Notes: generated from the letters alone by a model not told the origin. A stretch of 48,380 nt of DNA from Mycoplasmatota bacterium (GCA_022763805.1 JALERC010000085.1:1-48380), one strand, 5' to 3'; positions 20,425 through 29,760 are shown, counted from the first letter of the stretch. Numbers and translations: made by a program.

Positions 20425-20813
20425 ATGAAACTAATTAAAATAATTTCTATAGTATTTATAATAAGTATTGTTTTTGTAATTTCATCTGCAAAAGCAGATA
20501 ATTATGTTGGATTTAATAATATAACTATTCCTGCAATTGGTGGTTCATACAAATCTACACAATATAGAAAGTATAATCAAACACAACAAATAATAGAGAC
20601 TACTTCGATATCAACTTCAATGAAAGCGAGAACTCAAGCAATGCTTGGTCAAGTTGATATTCATCATATATTAATTTAATTAATGGAGGATCACAAACAT
20701 GGGGTTCAGAAAATATAGATTTAAATGAGTATAAATTACATATTAAATGTACTAGTACCAATATATTAAATGAGAGTTACTGGGGCATTTGGAAATACGA
20801 CTGGCCTGTATAA
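20425..20813 (+). pseudogene. Frameshifted small Sec-secreted protein (about 129 aa restored; Lcn972/DUF2712-like cassette precursor by context)
   Basis: Signal peptide MKLIKIISIVFIISIVFVISSAKA|D. The frame stops at 20679, but a shifted frame open from 20658 continues YSSYINLINGGSQTWGSEN...YWGIWKYDWPV* to 20813. Confidence 0.7.
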
Positions 20814-20856
20814 ATAAAATAATATATTTTTCTTTTACTATTTTGGAGGTATTTTA

Positions 20857-21762
20857 ATGAAATATAATAGAAATAACGCTGTGTTAATGCTAGTAATAAT
20901 GGTTATTGTTGGATTCTCTTTAAGCGCTATATTTAACAACATGCGCGAATTTAATATGAATATCAAAGCATATAATTATAAGATAAATAAATGTAATACA
21001 ATATCTGATAATGATACTACAATAATTAATTATTGTAATGAAATAAAAAAATGGGGTGGTCCAAAAAGATCTGATACCTTTTTTACTTTTTTCGACATAT
21101 TATTTGATGATAGATTTACTATTATGCAAATTTTATTACCATTTTTAATTATTATGTGTTCAATATCCAAAATCAATGAAAAATTAAAAAGTGGGTTTAT
21201 TAAAAATGAACTTTTAAGACAAAAATATAAAAGTTTTGTTATAAAAGAATGGATAGACTCATTAAAAAAATTATTTATAATACCGTTTATGTTTTTAATA
21301 ATTGCAGTTGCTGCATATATACTAACTGGTAACTTTGATTATAAGAATTCCTTATTAAATTTTAATCCATGGGTCAATCCTATATTTTTTGATAATATTG
21401 TAATTTCAATAATTATATATTTAACTAATTTTTTATTACATGGCATTTTTATTATAAATATTGGATATATTGCTACAAAAAAAAGTAGAGGTTATATTCT
21501 TTCGGTTTTGACTGCATATATTTCTTATTTAGGATTATGGGCTATATCTGAAACATTTTTTGGTTATTTTATAATGAGCGGTTTGTTAAAAAAACCTGAA
21601 TTACATAATTATTTTTCTTTTACAACTTTATGGGGATATCCGGATATAAATAATTTTGTCTTGTTTACTTTATATCAAGCAATTATTACTATTATTTCTT
21701 GCATATGTTTTTATTTATCATACAGGAATAAAGAGGGGGTATTAATAGCTAATGAACAATAG
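20857..21762 (+). CDS. ABC-2-type permease-like membrane protein 1
   Basis: About 6 TM helices, N-terminal extracellular loop, KSGFIKNELLRQKY motif. GGAGG RBS; first of the coupled permease genes. Confidence 0.75.
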   Translation: MKYNRNNAVLMLVIMVIVGFSLSAIFNNMREFNMNIKAYNYKINKCNTISDNDTTIINYCNEIKKWGGPKRSDTFFTFFDILFDDRFTIMQILLPFLIIMCSISKINEKLKSGFIKNELLRQKYKSFVIKEWIDSLKKLFIIPFMFLIIAVAAYILTGNFDYKNSLLNFNPWVNPIFFDNIVISIIIYLTNFLLHGIFIINIGYIATKKSRGYILSVLTAYISYLGLWAISETFFGYFIMSGLLKKPELHNYFSFTTLWGYPDINNFVLFTLYQAIITIISCICFYLSYRNKEGVLIANEQ

Positions 21763-22498
21763 ATTTAAAATAAATTTTATAAAAACAGTTGTATCTTCTA
21801 ATAAATTTATGACCTCATTACTTCTTTTAATAATATTAAATTTTTTTATTGTAGGAAAATATGCTGCTAACTTAGAATATATTACAGCTTTTATTAATAT
21901 TAATAACTTATTTGTATATAATACTTTTCTAGCAATAATTATCTTATTTACAACATTAAATACATTAAAAATATTTGAAACATATACTAATATTATAATA
22001 CGGTATAATAATAAAAAAATGTATATTTTTGAGTTAATAAAAATTACTCTCATCTTAAATTTAATTATTGTACTTATTAGTTATATGCTACTATTTACTG
22101 GATTAAATTTTTATGCTAATGCACCTTTAATTATTAATAATGGAAAACTTGGAATTTCTAATTTAATTTATGCTTGTTATGTTTTTATAAAAAAAATTAT
22201 ATTGTTTGAAATCTTATCTATAATATTTTTGCTTATTAACAAAAATTTCAATAAAAATATTTCACTAATTATTTCATTTGTCATCATTTCCATGTTACTT
22301 GTAGCTACTTATAATGATATATATATTAATTCTTTTAGAGAGTTTCAGTTTTTCTTATGGGATTATTTTGTCTATCATCGATATGCATCTATAGCATTAG
22401 AAATTTCATTTTTTAGTATTTTTGCTTGTTGTAATATTTTATTATTATATTTATTTACAATAATTACGATAAAAAGAATTAAAAATATAGGTGATTAA
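21752..22498 (+). CDS. ABC-2-type permease-like membrane protein 2
   Basis: About 6 TM helices, NIIIRYNNKK motif; overlaps both neighbours. Confidence 0.7.
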   Translation: MNNRFKINFIKTVVSSNKFMTSLLLLIILNFFIVGKYAANLEYITAFININNLFVYNTFLAIIILFTTLNTLKIFETYTNIIIRYNNKKMYIFELIKITLILNLIIVLISYMLLFTGLNFYANAPLIINNGKLGISNLIYACYVFIKKIILFEILSIIFLLINKNFNKNISLIISFVIISMLLVATYNDIYINSFREFQFFLWDYFVYHRYASIALEISFFSIFACCNILLLYLFTIITIKRIKNIGD

Positions 22499-23135
22499 AA
22501 TGAAATATATTTTAAAAAATGATTTTAATACGTTAAAGAAATTCTTACAATTATCAATTATATTTTACTTTTTACCATTACTAACTTTTATTATGATGAT
22601 AAAAGTAACAGGCTCTAATATTACAAGTTTAATGAATGAAAATTTTTTTTCATATAACATTAAATTTAATTATTCGAATTGGGTATTAATAATAATTTCA
22701 ATAATTAACACTGTTATATACATTTCAATGTCTTATTCGCTTATAGTAAAAGATGTGCATTATGAAAAAGAAAATATATTTTTAAGAATTAATATAAGAA
22801 GATGGCTGATATATAAGACTTTATCATTAATAATTTATATTCTTATTTATACATGTATTAGAATATTTATAATTTTCTGTGCTATTGGTTGTAACAGTTT
22901 AAATATATATATATTGCTTTATCAGTTTTTGTATTATTTACTATTGTCGAATTTGTTAATAATAGTATACATTTTATTTTCAAAAAAAGAAATCATGTTT
23001 TGTTTAGTTTTCATTCTATCTATAATACTAAATTTATCTGGTTTAATATTAGCTATGTGTAATGTAATTACTGAAATATTTATATTATTTTTATTAGAGA
23101 AAAAAAGAACAAAAATTTTTGAAAGGAGTTTATAA
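22491..23135 (+). CDS. ABC-2-type permease-like membrane protein 3
   Basis: Multi-TM, ENIFLRINIRRW motif; start may be ATG 22500. Confidence 0.7.
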   Translation: MIKMKYILKNDFNTLKKFLQLSIIFYFLPLLTFIMMIKVTGSNITSLMNENFFSYNIKFNYSNWVLIIISIINTVIYISMSYSLIVKDVHYEKENIFLRINIRRWLIYKTLSLIIYILIYTCIRIFIIFCAIGCNSLNIYILLYQFLYYLLLSNLLIIVYILFSKKEIMFCLVFILSIILNLSGLILAMCNVITEIFILFLLEKKRTKIFERSL

Positions 23136-23137
23136 TT

Positions 23138-23776
23138 ATGAGAATAGACGTAAAAAATTTATCGAAAGAATTTAATGGCATTAAAGTATTAGACAATGTA
23201 AATTTACAATTTGAAGAAGGAAAAATATATGGATTAATAGGAAGAAACGGTAGTGGAAAAAGTGTATTTTTAAAAATACTTTGTAATTTCTATGCCCCAA
23301 CCTCTGGAGAGGTTTTATTTGATAATATTAATATATATAAAGAAAATATATTTCCACCTGAAACTAGAGCACTTATAGAAAAGCCTTCTTTTTTGCCAGA
23401 TACAACAGGATTTGACAATTTAAAATTATTAGCTTCTATTCAAAATAGAATAAGTGATGAGGAAATTTTAAATACACTTAAAAAATTAAATCTTATTGAG
23501 GATAAAGATAAAAAATATAAAAATTATTCTTTAGGTATGAAGCAAAAACTTGGTATTGCTCAAGTTTTAATGGAAAATCCTAAGATAATAATTTTAGATG
23601 AACCTTTTAATGGGATCGAGAATGCGACTGCGAAAAAAGTTAGGGATATATTGAAAAGTGAGGCTAAATCAGGAAAAATTGTAATTTTAGCATCACATAT
23701 AAAAGAAGATATTGAAGAATTAGCAGATGTAGTATATAAATTTGATTGTGGGAAAACATCAATTATAAAAAAATAA
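23138..23776 (+). CDS. ABC transporter ATP-binding protein
   Basis: GRNGSGKS, YSLGMKQKLGIAQ, ILDEP and ASH. Confidence 0.95.
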   Translation: MRIDVKNLSKEFNGIKVLDNVNLQFEEGKIYGLIGRNGSGKSVFLKILCNFYAPTSGEVLFDNINIYKENIFPPETRALIEKPSFLPDTTGFDNLKLLASIQNRISDEEILNTLKKLNLIEDKDKKYKNYSLGMKQKLGIAQVLMENPKIIILDEPFNGIENATAKKVRDILKSEAKSGKIVILASHIKEDIEELADVVYKFDCGKTSIIKK

Positions 23777-23858
23777 TAGTTAAGTTATATTGTAAATATT
23801 TAAAATTTTTGGTATATATTATTAATGAAATTATTATAGATTAAAATAATTTTTATAT

Positions 23859-23997
23859 ATAATTAAGCAAAATTATAAAAATATTTTATGTTATAATGCT
23901 TCCAGTGATATCATTAGTAACAGAAATTATATATCACTACGGAACATATGTAGGAACATTTATAAGAAATATAGTCGAAAATGGAGCTTGCTTTTAG
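23859..23997 (+). pseudogene. Decayed second copy of the 56-aa gene (contains direct repeat copy 2, 23896-23997)
   Basis: ATA ATT AAG CAA AAT TAT AAA AAT ATT (IIKQNYKNI) matches ILKENYKNI. A frameshifting deletion follows, then MLPVISLVTEIIYHYGTYVGTFIRNIVENGACF*. Confidence 0.8.
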
Positions 23998-24013
23998 CAA
24001 GTTCTTTTTTTTT
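23983..24013 (+). terminator. Intrinsic terminator after repeat copy 2
   Basis: GGAGCTTGCT-TTT-AGCAAGTTCT plus T run; the second arm is absent after copy 1. Confidence 0.8.
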
Positions 24014-24065
24014 GTATGTAAAACGTAAATTATATGATATAATTGTATTATGATAGAATAGTAGT

Positions 24066-26417
24066 GTGATAAATATGTATTTTCATTTTAAGAAAAAAGA
24101 AATTATAAAAAGAAAAAAAAAGCATTATAGTGATGTAGTTGGTGATTTGATAACTCTTTCAATAATTGTTAATGATAGCATTAGAAATTATGTATTAAAT
24201 GATTTTACAAAAGAAAGAATATCATTCGGTCGTGGAGAATATAACGATATTATTATAAAATCACCTATAATGTCTAAATACCATGGATACTTTGAAATAA
24301 AAGGTTCAAAAGTTTATATCCATGATGATCAAAGTAAAAATGGTATTATTGTAAATAATAAAAAAATGATTAATGCAGAAATTACCGATGGTGATTTTAT
24401 AAGAATAGATGATGAAAATGAACATTTAAATGATGGGATATTAATCATTGTTAAATATGGTAAAAGTCCATATAAATGGAATAGATATCATATAAATAAT
24501 AAAAATTTAATAACAATAGGTAATGTAGTAAATAATGATGTAATTATTGACTATAACGTAAATAGTCAGTGGAATGTAAGACTTACAAAAAAAGATAAAG
24601 AAAATAGTTATACAATTGAACCATGTTTTAATAAAAGTGTATTTTTAAATGGTAATGAAGTTAAAAAGCCTACTTTGTTAAAAAATAATGATTTAATAAA
24701 TATTGACAGTTATAAAATAATCTATACTTATAATAACATTTTTTTCCATACACATGAATTAGGAGTAAGAATAGATGCTAGAGATATAACTAAAGTTGTT
24801 AAAGTTAGAGGTAAGAAAAAAATTATATCAAACGATATTAATATGACTATTAAACCCGGTGAATTTGTAGCATTTGTAGGTGGTTCTGGGACAGGAAAAA
24901 CAACATTTATGTCTTTTATAAGTGGTATGAAAAAACCTACTAAAGGTACAGTCTTACTTGATGGTAAAGATTTATTCAAAAATTATAATTCACTTAAAAA
25001 AGTAATAGCATATGTACCACAAAATGATATAGTTTATACAGATTTAACACTAATTGATATGCTAAGATATTCGGCTAATTTACGAATGGATAGCTATTCA
25101 AATCAAGATGAAAAAGAAAGAAGAATACAAGATGTATTAGAAATAGTGGATTTAGTTGGAAAGGAAAATGTTCTTATTAAAAGATTATCTGGAGGTCAAC
25201 GAAAAAGGGCAGGTATTGCTGTAGAATTACTAGATAATCCAAAATTATTTTTCTTAGATGAACCGACAAGTGGACTTGATCCAGGAACTGAAAGAAGTCT
25301 AATGAAAACGTTAAGAAAGATGTCTGATATGGGACAAACAACAGTTCTTGTAACACATAATACTCAGAATATTCATCTTTGTGATAAAGTTGTCTTTTTT
25401 GGAAATGGCGGTAAAATTTGTTATGATGGACCACCAGTTGGAGCTAAAGAGTTTTTCGGTGTTGATGATTTTGTAGATATTTATAATCTTATTGATGCTG
25501 ATACAGATTTTTGGAATAAAAAATATAAAAAAGAATCAAATATTGAAAAAATCACAAGTGAAAATGAAGAAACGAATAAAACAAAGAAAACAAAAAATTC
25601 TTTTATTGATCAATTTATAACTTTAACTAAAAGATATATTAAAACAATAATAAACAATAAAATACAATTACTACTATTATTATTACAAGCTCCAATAATT
25701 GCTGAAGCATTATCGTTAGTTATAAATAATGACTTATTTACATACTACGATATGACAAAATCAATTTTATTTATTATTGCTATTGCAGGTATATACATAG
25801 GACTTGGAAATAGTATACAAGAAATATGTAAAGAAAAAATAATATTAAAAAAAGAATATATGGCTGATTTGCGATTAAGTGCATATATATTATCAAAAAT
25901 TTTAGTAATGTTTATTTTGGCGATAATTCAGTCATCATTATTTATATTTACATTAAAATTAACGATTGATGTTCCAACAGATGGAGTTATGTACAGTTGG
26001 ACAATTGAAATGTGGATTATAATGATTCTTACAATATTTTCATCATCAACGATGGGATTATTAGTATCATCATTAGCACAAGATGCATCAACAGCTATGA
26101 CATATATTCCAATTTTACTTGTTCCACAAATGTTATTTTGCGGAATGCTATTTGAACTAAAAGGAATAATATCAATAATTTCCAATTTTATTTTGTGCAG
26201 GTGGACATTAGAACTTTTAGGAACAACAAATGATATGAATAGTTTAATCGTAGGTATTCAAGATATTATACCTGGATATCAAAGAGAATCTGAAACATTT
26301 TTTGAATTTACAAAAATACATTTTTGTAAAGGTTCATTAGTAATTGTATTTATGAGTATAATCATGATACTAATTTGTTATTTAATACTTAAAAAACAAT
26401 TGGAGGATAAGTCATGA
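24066..26417 (+). CDS. FHA-FHA-ABC ATPase-ABC2 permease fusion (Rv1747-like architecture)
   Basis: FHA1 FGR...SKYH...SKNG, degenerate FHA2, GGSGTGKTT, LSGGQRKR, FLDEPTSGLD and six C-terminal TMs. Start may be ATG 24075. Confidence 0.92.
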   Translation: MINMYFHFKKKEIIKRKKKHYSDVVGDLITLSIIVNDSIRNYVLNDFTKERISFGRGEYNDIIIKSPIMSKYHGYFEIKGSKVYIHDDQSKNGIIVNNKKMINAEITDGDFIRIDDENEHLNDGILIIVKYGKSPYKWNRYHINNKNLITIGNVVNNDVIIDYNVNSQWNVRLTKKDKENSYTIEPCFNKSVFLNGNEVKKPTLLKNNDLINIDSYKIIYTYNNIFFHTHELGVRIDARDITKVVKVRGKKKIISNDINMTIKPGEFVAFVGGSGTGKTTFMSFISGMKKPTKGTVLLDGKDLFKNYNSLKKVIAYVPQNDIVYTDLTLIDMLRYSANLRMDSYSNQDEKERRIQDVLEIVDLVGKENVLIKRLSGGQRKRAGIAVELLDNPKLFFLDEPTSGLDPGTERSLMKTLRKMSDMGQTTVLVTHNTQNIHLCDKVVFFGNGGKICYDGPPVGAKEFFGVDDFVDIYNLIDADTDFWNKKYKKESNIEKITSENEETNKTKKTKNSFIDQFITLTKRYIKTIINNKIQLLLLLLQAPIIAEALSLVINNDLFTYYDMTKSILFIIAIAGIYIGLGNSIQEICKEKIILKKEYMADLRLSAYILSKILVMFILAIIQSSLFIFTLKLTIDVPTDGVMYSWTIEMWIIMILTIFSSSTMGLLVSSLAQDASTAMTYIPILLVPQMLFCGMLFELKGIISIISNFILCRWTLELLGTTNDMNSLIVGIQDIIPGYQRESETFFEFTKIHFCKGSLVIVFMSIIMILICYLILKKQLEDKS

Positions 26418-28396
26418 TGGAAAATTATAAAATTACAAATAAAATAGGAGAAACAGATATCTCTAAAGTATATAATATTTCATACGATTCAGGAGAAAAA
26501 AGAGTATTAAAAGTAATTGATTATTCTAAACTAAATGATATATTAAAAAATAGAGTTTTTAATGAACTAAAAATAATTGATCTTATAAATGAACAACCAA
26601 ATATTGTTAAATATTATAATTATGAAATTAATGATCAAACAAAAAATATATTTATTATAATGGAACAATTAAAAGATATTAAAAATTATTTTCATGCAAA
26701 GACAATTACATATAAAGAAGTAACTAAATTATGCTTAGATATATGCTGCGCATTAGAAACATTTCATAAAAATAATTTAATTCATTGTGATATTAAGCCT
26801 AGTAATATATTTATTGATAATGATGGTAACTTTAAATTAGGTGATTTTAATTCTGTAATTAGCAATAAATCTAATACTTACTATGGAACACCGGCTTTTA
26901 CAGCTCCAGAGTGCTTTATTAATCAGTTTGATAAAAGATGTGATATTTATTCATTAGGATTAGTAATGTATACTTTATTGAATGGTGGATTACTTCCATT
27001 TCAACAATCAGAAAATGATTACGAAGAAGCAATAAGAATTAGAAACAGTGGAAAAGATATTCAAATAATTGAAGATGTAAAAGAAGAATTAATGAATATA
27101 ATTCTAAAATGTATTCAATTTAATCCAAATAATAGATATAACAATGTAGAAGAACTAAAATATGATATTATCAAATGTCAAGAAAAAAACATAAAATCTA
27201 ATAATTTGAAGAAAATTAATTTTTCGTTTTTAGATTTAACAATGGATGTCAAAAATCCAATATTAAAAAATAAATTTGCAATTACATTAAGAAATTATTC
27301 TATAAAATATTCTTTAAAACAACAAATAACAATAATAATATTTATTTTATTAATAATTATTTTGTTAGGAAATTATACATTATATTTAATTAAAAATAAA
27401 CCATGTAAAGATGGATTTGTTAATAATAATGGTATATGTGTAGAAGGATATTATAAGTGTGAAAAAGGATATACCTTAAAAGACAAAGAATGTATTAAAA
27501 CAATTAAAGAAGAGAAAGCACGAGCTAATTATTATTGTCCTAAAGGATATTCATTAAAAGAAGGTTATTGTGTTAATGATAGTATAATGCATGCAAATTT
27601 TGAATATAAATGTGCTGATGGATTTACATTAAAAGGGGATAAATGTTATAAAGAAGAATCAGCACAAGCTCCATTATTACATTCATGTCCTGATAATTAT
27701 ATATTAGCTGGAACAAAATGTATTACAGCAACAAGTATAGATGCATATGTATCATATTCATGTTCCAGTGCTGATTATATACTTCAAGGAAAAAATTGTG
27801 TTAAAAAAGATAGTACTATTACTAAAGCAACAAAAAGTTACTCATGTCCTAATGGAGGAGTACTTGATAATACGACATGTGATATCACGACTGAACCAAA
27901 GAGTACAGTATTAAAAAAATGTGATTCAGGAACATATTCAGTTATAGATAAAAAATGTCACTTAAAATATAGTGCTACAGTAACATATGTATGTAATAAT
28001 GGAATACATGATGGCGCAGGAAATTGTATAACTGATTCATCTGTATCAAAACCTGCAGATGAAATATATACGTGTCCTGAAAATTATATTAGGGTTGCAG
28101 AAAAATGTACTAAAGCTGAAACATTAGATGCAACAAAAAATTATTATTGTCCAACTGATACCGTATTAAAAAATGGTATGTGTTATGGAACTATTACATC
28201 AGATGCATTAGGAATATACACATGTCCAGATGGGTATTTGTTAAGTGGTCTTTCATGTGTTAAAGATGATTTGAAAACACCAAATGTAAAATACACGTGT
28301 TCAAGACTATATAAATTGGATGGTTCTAAATGTAAAAAATATGAAACTAAAGAACCAATTATAGTATTAAAAAGGAAGGAAGATGTACATGAATAA
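26414..28396 (+). CDS. Hanks-type Ser/Thr protein kinase with TM helix and Cys-rich extracellular repeats
   Basis: VLK, NE, HCDIKPSN, GDFN, GTPAFTAPE and DIYSLG motifs. TM helix, then 13 C-x10/11-C units. ATGA overlap with the upstream gene. Confidence 0.92.
   Translation: MMENYKITNKIGETDISKVYNISYDSGEKRVLKVIDYSKLNDILKNRVFNELKIIDLINEQPNIVKYYNYEINDQTKNIFIIMEQLKDIKNYFHAKTITYKEVTKLCLDICCALETFHKNNLIHCDIKPSNIFIDNDGNFKLGDFNSVISNKSNTYYGTPAFTAPECFINQFDKRCDIYSLGLVMYTLLNGGLLPFQQSENDYEEAIRIRNSGKDIQIIEDVKEELMNIILKCIQFNPNNRYNNVEELKYDIIKCQEKNIKSNNLKKINFSFLDLTMDVKNPILKNKFAITLRNYSIKYSLKQQITIIIFILLIIILLGNYTLYLIKNKPCKDGFVNNNGICVEGYYKCEKGYTLKDKECIKTIKEEKARANYYCPKGYSLKEGYCVNDSIMHANFEYKCADGFTLKGDKCYKEESAQAPLLHSCPDNYILAGTKCITATSIDAYVSYSCSSADYILQGKNCVKKDSTITKATKSYSCPNGGVLDNTTCDITTEPKSTVLKKCDSGTYSVIDKKCHLKYSATVTYVCNNGIHDGAGNCITDSSVSKPADEIYTCPENYIRVAEKCTKAETLDATKNYYCPTDTVLKNGMCYGTITSDALGIYTCPDGYLLSGLSCVKDDLKTPNVKYTCSRLYKLDGSKCKKYETKEPIIVLKRKEDVHE
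27404..28333 (+). repeat. 13 degenerate protein repeats, consensus YxCPxGYxLxGxxC
   Basis: Counted in translation from CKDGFVNNNGIC to CSRLYKLDGSKC; 26 Cys. Confidence 0.9.
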
Positions 28397-29408
28397 GAAA
28401 AAAATACTATTAAGCGTTGCAGCAGTAGCTTCTATTTTATTATGTGGCTGCACAATTAAAAATGAATCAGAAGAAGCTAAGAAAAATGAAGAAGTAAAAA
28501 GAGAACCAAGTTTTGCAGAAATTGCAAAAGAAGTTGTAAATAATACAAGCTATTTCTCTAGAATGAAAGCAGTATTAGAAGTAAAATTAGCAGCATTTAA
28601 AGATGTTGAAATATCAGATGTTAAAGAATTTAAAGATCGTGTTTCAACTATATATGCTGAAGCTCCATGTGAAGAAGTAGGGGATAAATATATTTGTAAA
28701 TCTATAGCACAAATAGGGTTATTAGAATGTCAATCAGCAACTACTGATGAAAATGATCCAATTGTAATTGTTAAAGATGCCATTTTAACAAATGGTAAAA
28801 CTAGAAAAAAAGTAAATTTAGTATTATTACAAGGAACAGATTTATCTGATGGACAAGCAACAGGTATAAAAGAAGATATTTTATCAGGAATGTCTTTATC
28901 AAATGAATATTTATATGATGCATATTATGCAGTATATAATAATATCAAAGACACTGATACTCCATTATATTTTAGTGGTATTAGTTTAGGTGGTATGGTA
29001 GCACAACAACTTAGTGGTTTATCATATATCAAAAATTATTACACAGTATCTAATGTCGTATCATTAGCATCACCAATACTTGCACAAGATGATATTAATT
29101 ATGATGTTACAACAGTAAGAAGAATGGTAGATACTAATGATATAGTTCCAACATTATCAACACAAGAAAATGGAAGCTATGAATCAAAATATGGTGACAA
29201 AAATAAAGCACTTGTAAAAACAGGAAATTATAAAACATTTATAGGTACACATGTTTTCAGTTATGTTGAAAAAGATGGAATTTTTAAAGATGTTGACGTT
29301 TTAGGAAACGAATTTGGTGGATACTATTTTGAAATAGATAAAAATAAAATAACTAAATATCCTGCTGAAAAATTTGAACAAACTAGAAAAAAATTATATA
29401 GAAGATAA
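28383..29408 (+). CDS. Lipoprotein alpha/beta-hydrolase (lipase/esterase-like)
   Basis: Lipobox LLCG|C, LLQGT oxyanion region, nucleophile GISLGG, DIVP and GTH (putative Ser-Asp-His triad). Start may be ATG 28389. Confidence 0.82.
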   Translation: MYMNKKKILLSVAAVASILLCGCTIKNESEEAKKNEEVKREPSFAEIAKEVVNNTSYFSRMKAVLEVKLAAFKDVEISDVKEFKDRVSTIYAEAPCEEVGDKYICKSIAQIGLLECQSATTDENDPIVIVKDAILTNGKTRKKVNLVLLQGTDLSDGQATGIKEDILSGMSLSNEYLYDAYYAVYNNIKDTDTPLYFSGISLGGMVAQQLSGLSYIKNYYTVSNVVSLASPILAQDDINYDVTTVRRMVDTNDIVPTLSTQENGSYESKYGDKNKALVKTGNYKTFIGTHVFSYVEKDGIFKDVDVLGNEFGGYYFEIDKNKITKYPAEKFEQTRKKLYRR

Positions 29409-29410
29409 TT

Positions 29411-29438
29411 AAGCACTTCCAATTGGAAGTGTTTTTTT
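29411..29438 (+). terminator. Intrinsic terminator ending the FHA-ABC/kinase/hydrolase operon
   Basis: AAGCACTTCC-AATT-GGAAGTGTTT plus T run. Confidence 0.85.
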
Positions 29439-29481
29439 ATAGTATTCATTCCTTATTTAATTAATTTATGTTATTTTTTTC

Positions 29482-29510
29482 TTGTATACAATAAAATTTT
29501 GTAGTATAAT
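29482..29510 (+). promoter_or_regulatory. SigA promoter of rpsU
   Basis: TTGTAT, 17 bp, TATAAT. Confidence 0.65.
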
Positions 29511-29540
29511 ATCTATTAGTTGAGAAGGGAGGGATATTAG

Positions 29541-29735
29541 ATGACAAAAGTAATAGTACGTAATGGAAACGTTGACGGTGCTTTAAGAACTGTTAAACAA
29601 AGAAATGCTAAAGATGGCCTCCTAAAAGCTGTTCGTGAAAGACAAGAAGGATATATGAAACCAGGCGTTAGAAAAAGAAAAGAAAGAAAAGAAGCTATTA
29701 GAAACGCAAAAAGAAACGCTAGAAGATATAACTAA
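29541..29735 (+). CDS. rpsU: 30S ribosomal protein S21
   Basis: Basic 64-aa protein with VDGALR..K...G.L...R.R...Y.KP.V.KRK pattern; upstream of yqeY as in Firmicutes. Confidence 0.92.
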   Translation: MTKVIVRNGNVDGALRTVKQRNAKDGLLKAVRERQEGYMKPGVRKRKERKEAIRNAKRNARRYN

Positions 29736-29736
29736 T

Positions 29737-29760
29737 AAAAAGAGCTTTTTGCTCTTTTTT
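29737..29760 (+). terminator. Terminator after rpsU
   Basis: AAAAAGAGC-TTTTT-GCTCTTTTTT. Confidence 0.7.

Larger units (their letters stand above)
20154..23895. mobile_element. Direct-repeat-bounded cassette (secreted protein, three permeases, ABC ATPase), no integrase
   Basis: Flanked by the 102-bp direct repeats; only the right copy is followed by a terminator. Confidence 0.6.

Noticed and set aside
20257-20679. 140-aa ORF as given in the track
   Set aside because: It joins an upstream stretch containing a promoter to the real signal-peptide start at 20425 and ends at a frameshift; re-called as pseudogene 20425-20813.
20052-23997. 102-bp repeat pair as DGR template/variable repeats or CRISPR repeats
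   Set aside because: Only two copies; mismatches are not adenine-specific (two are T/C); no reverse transcriptase or cas gene in the window.
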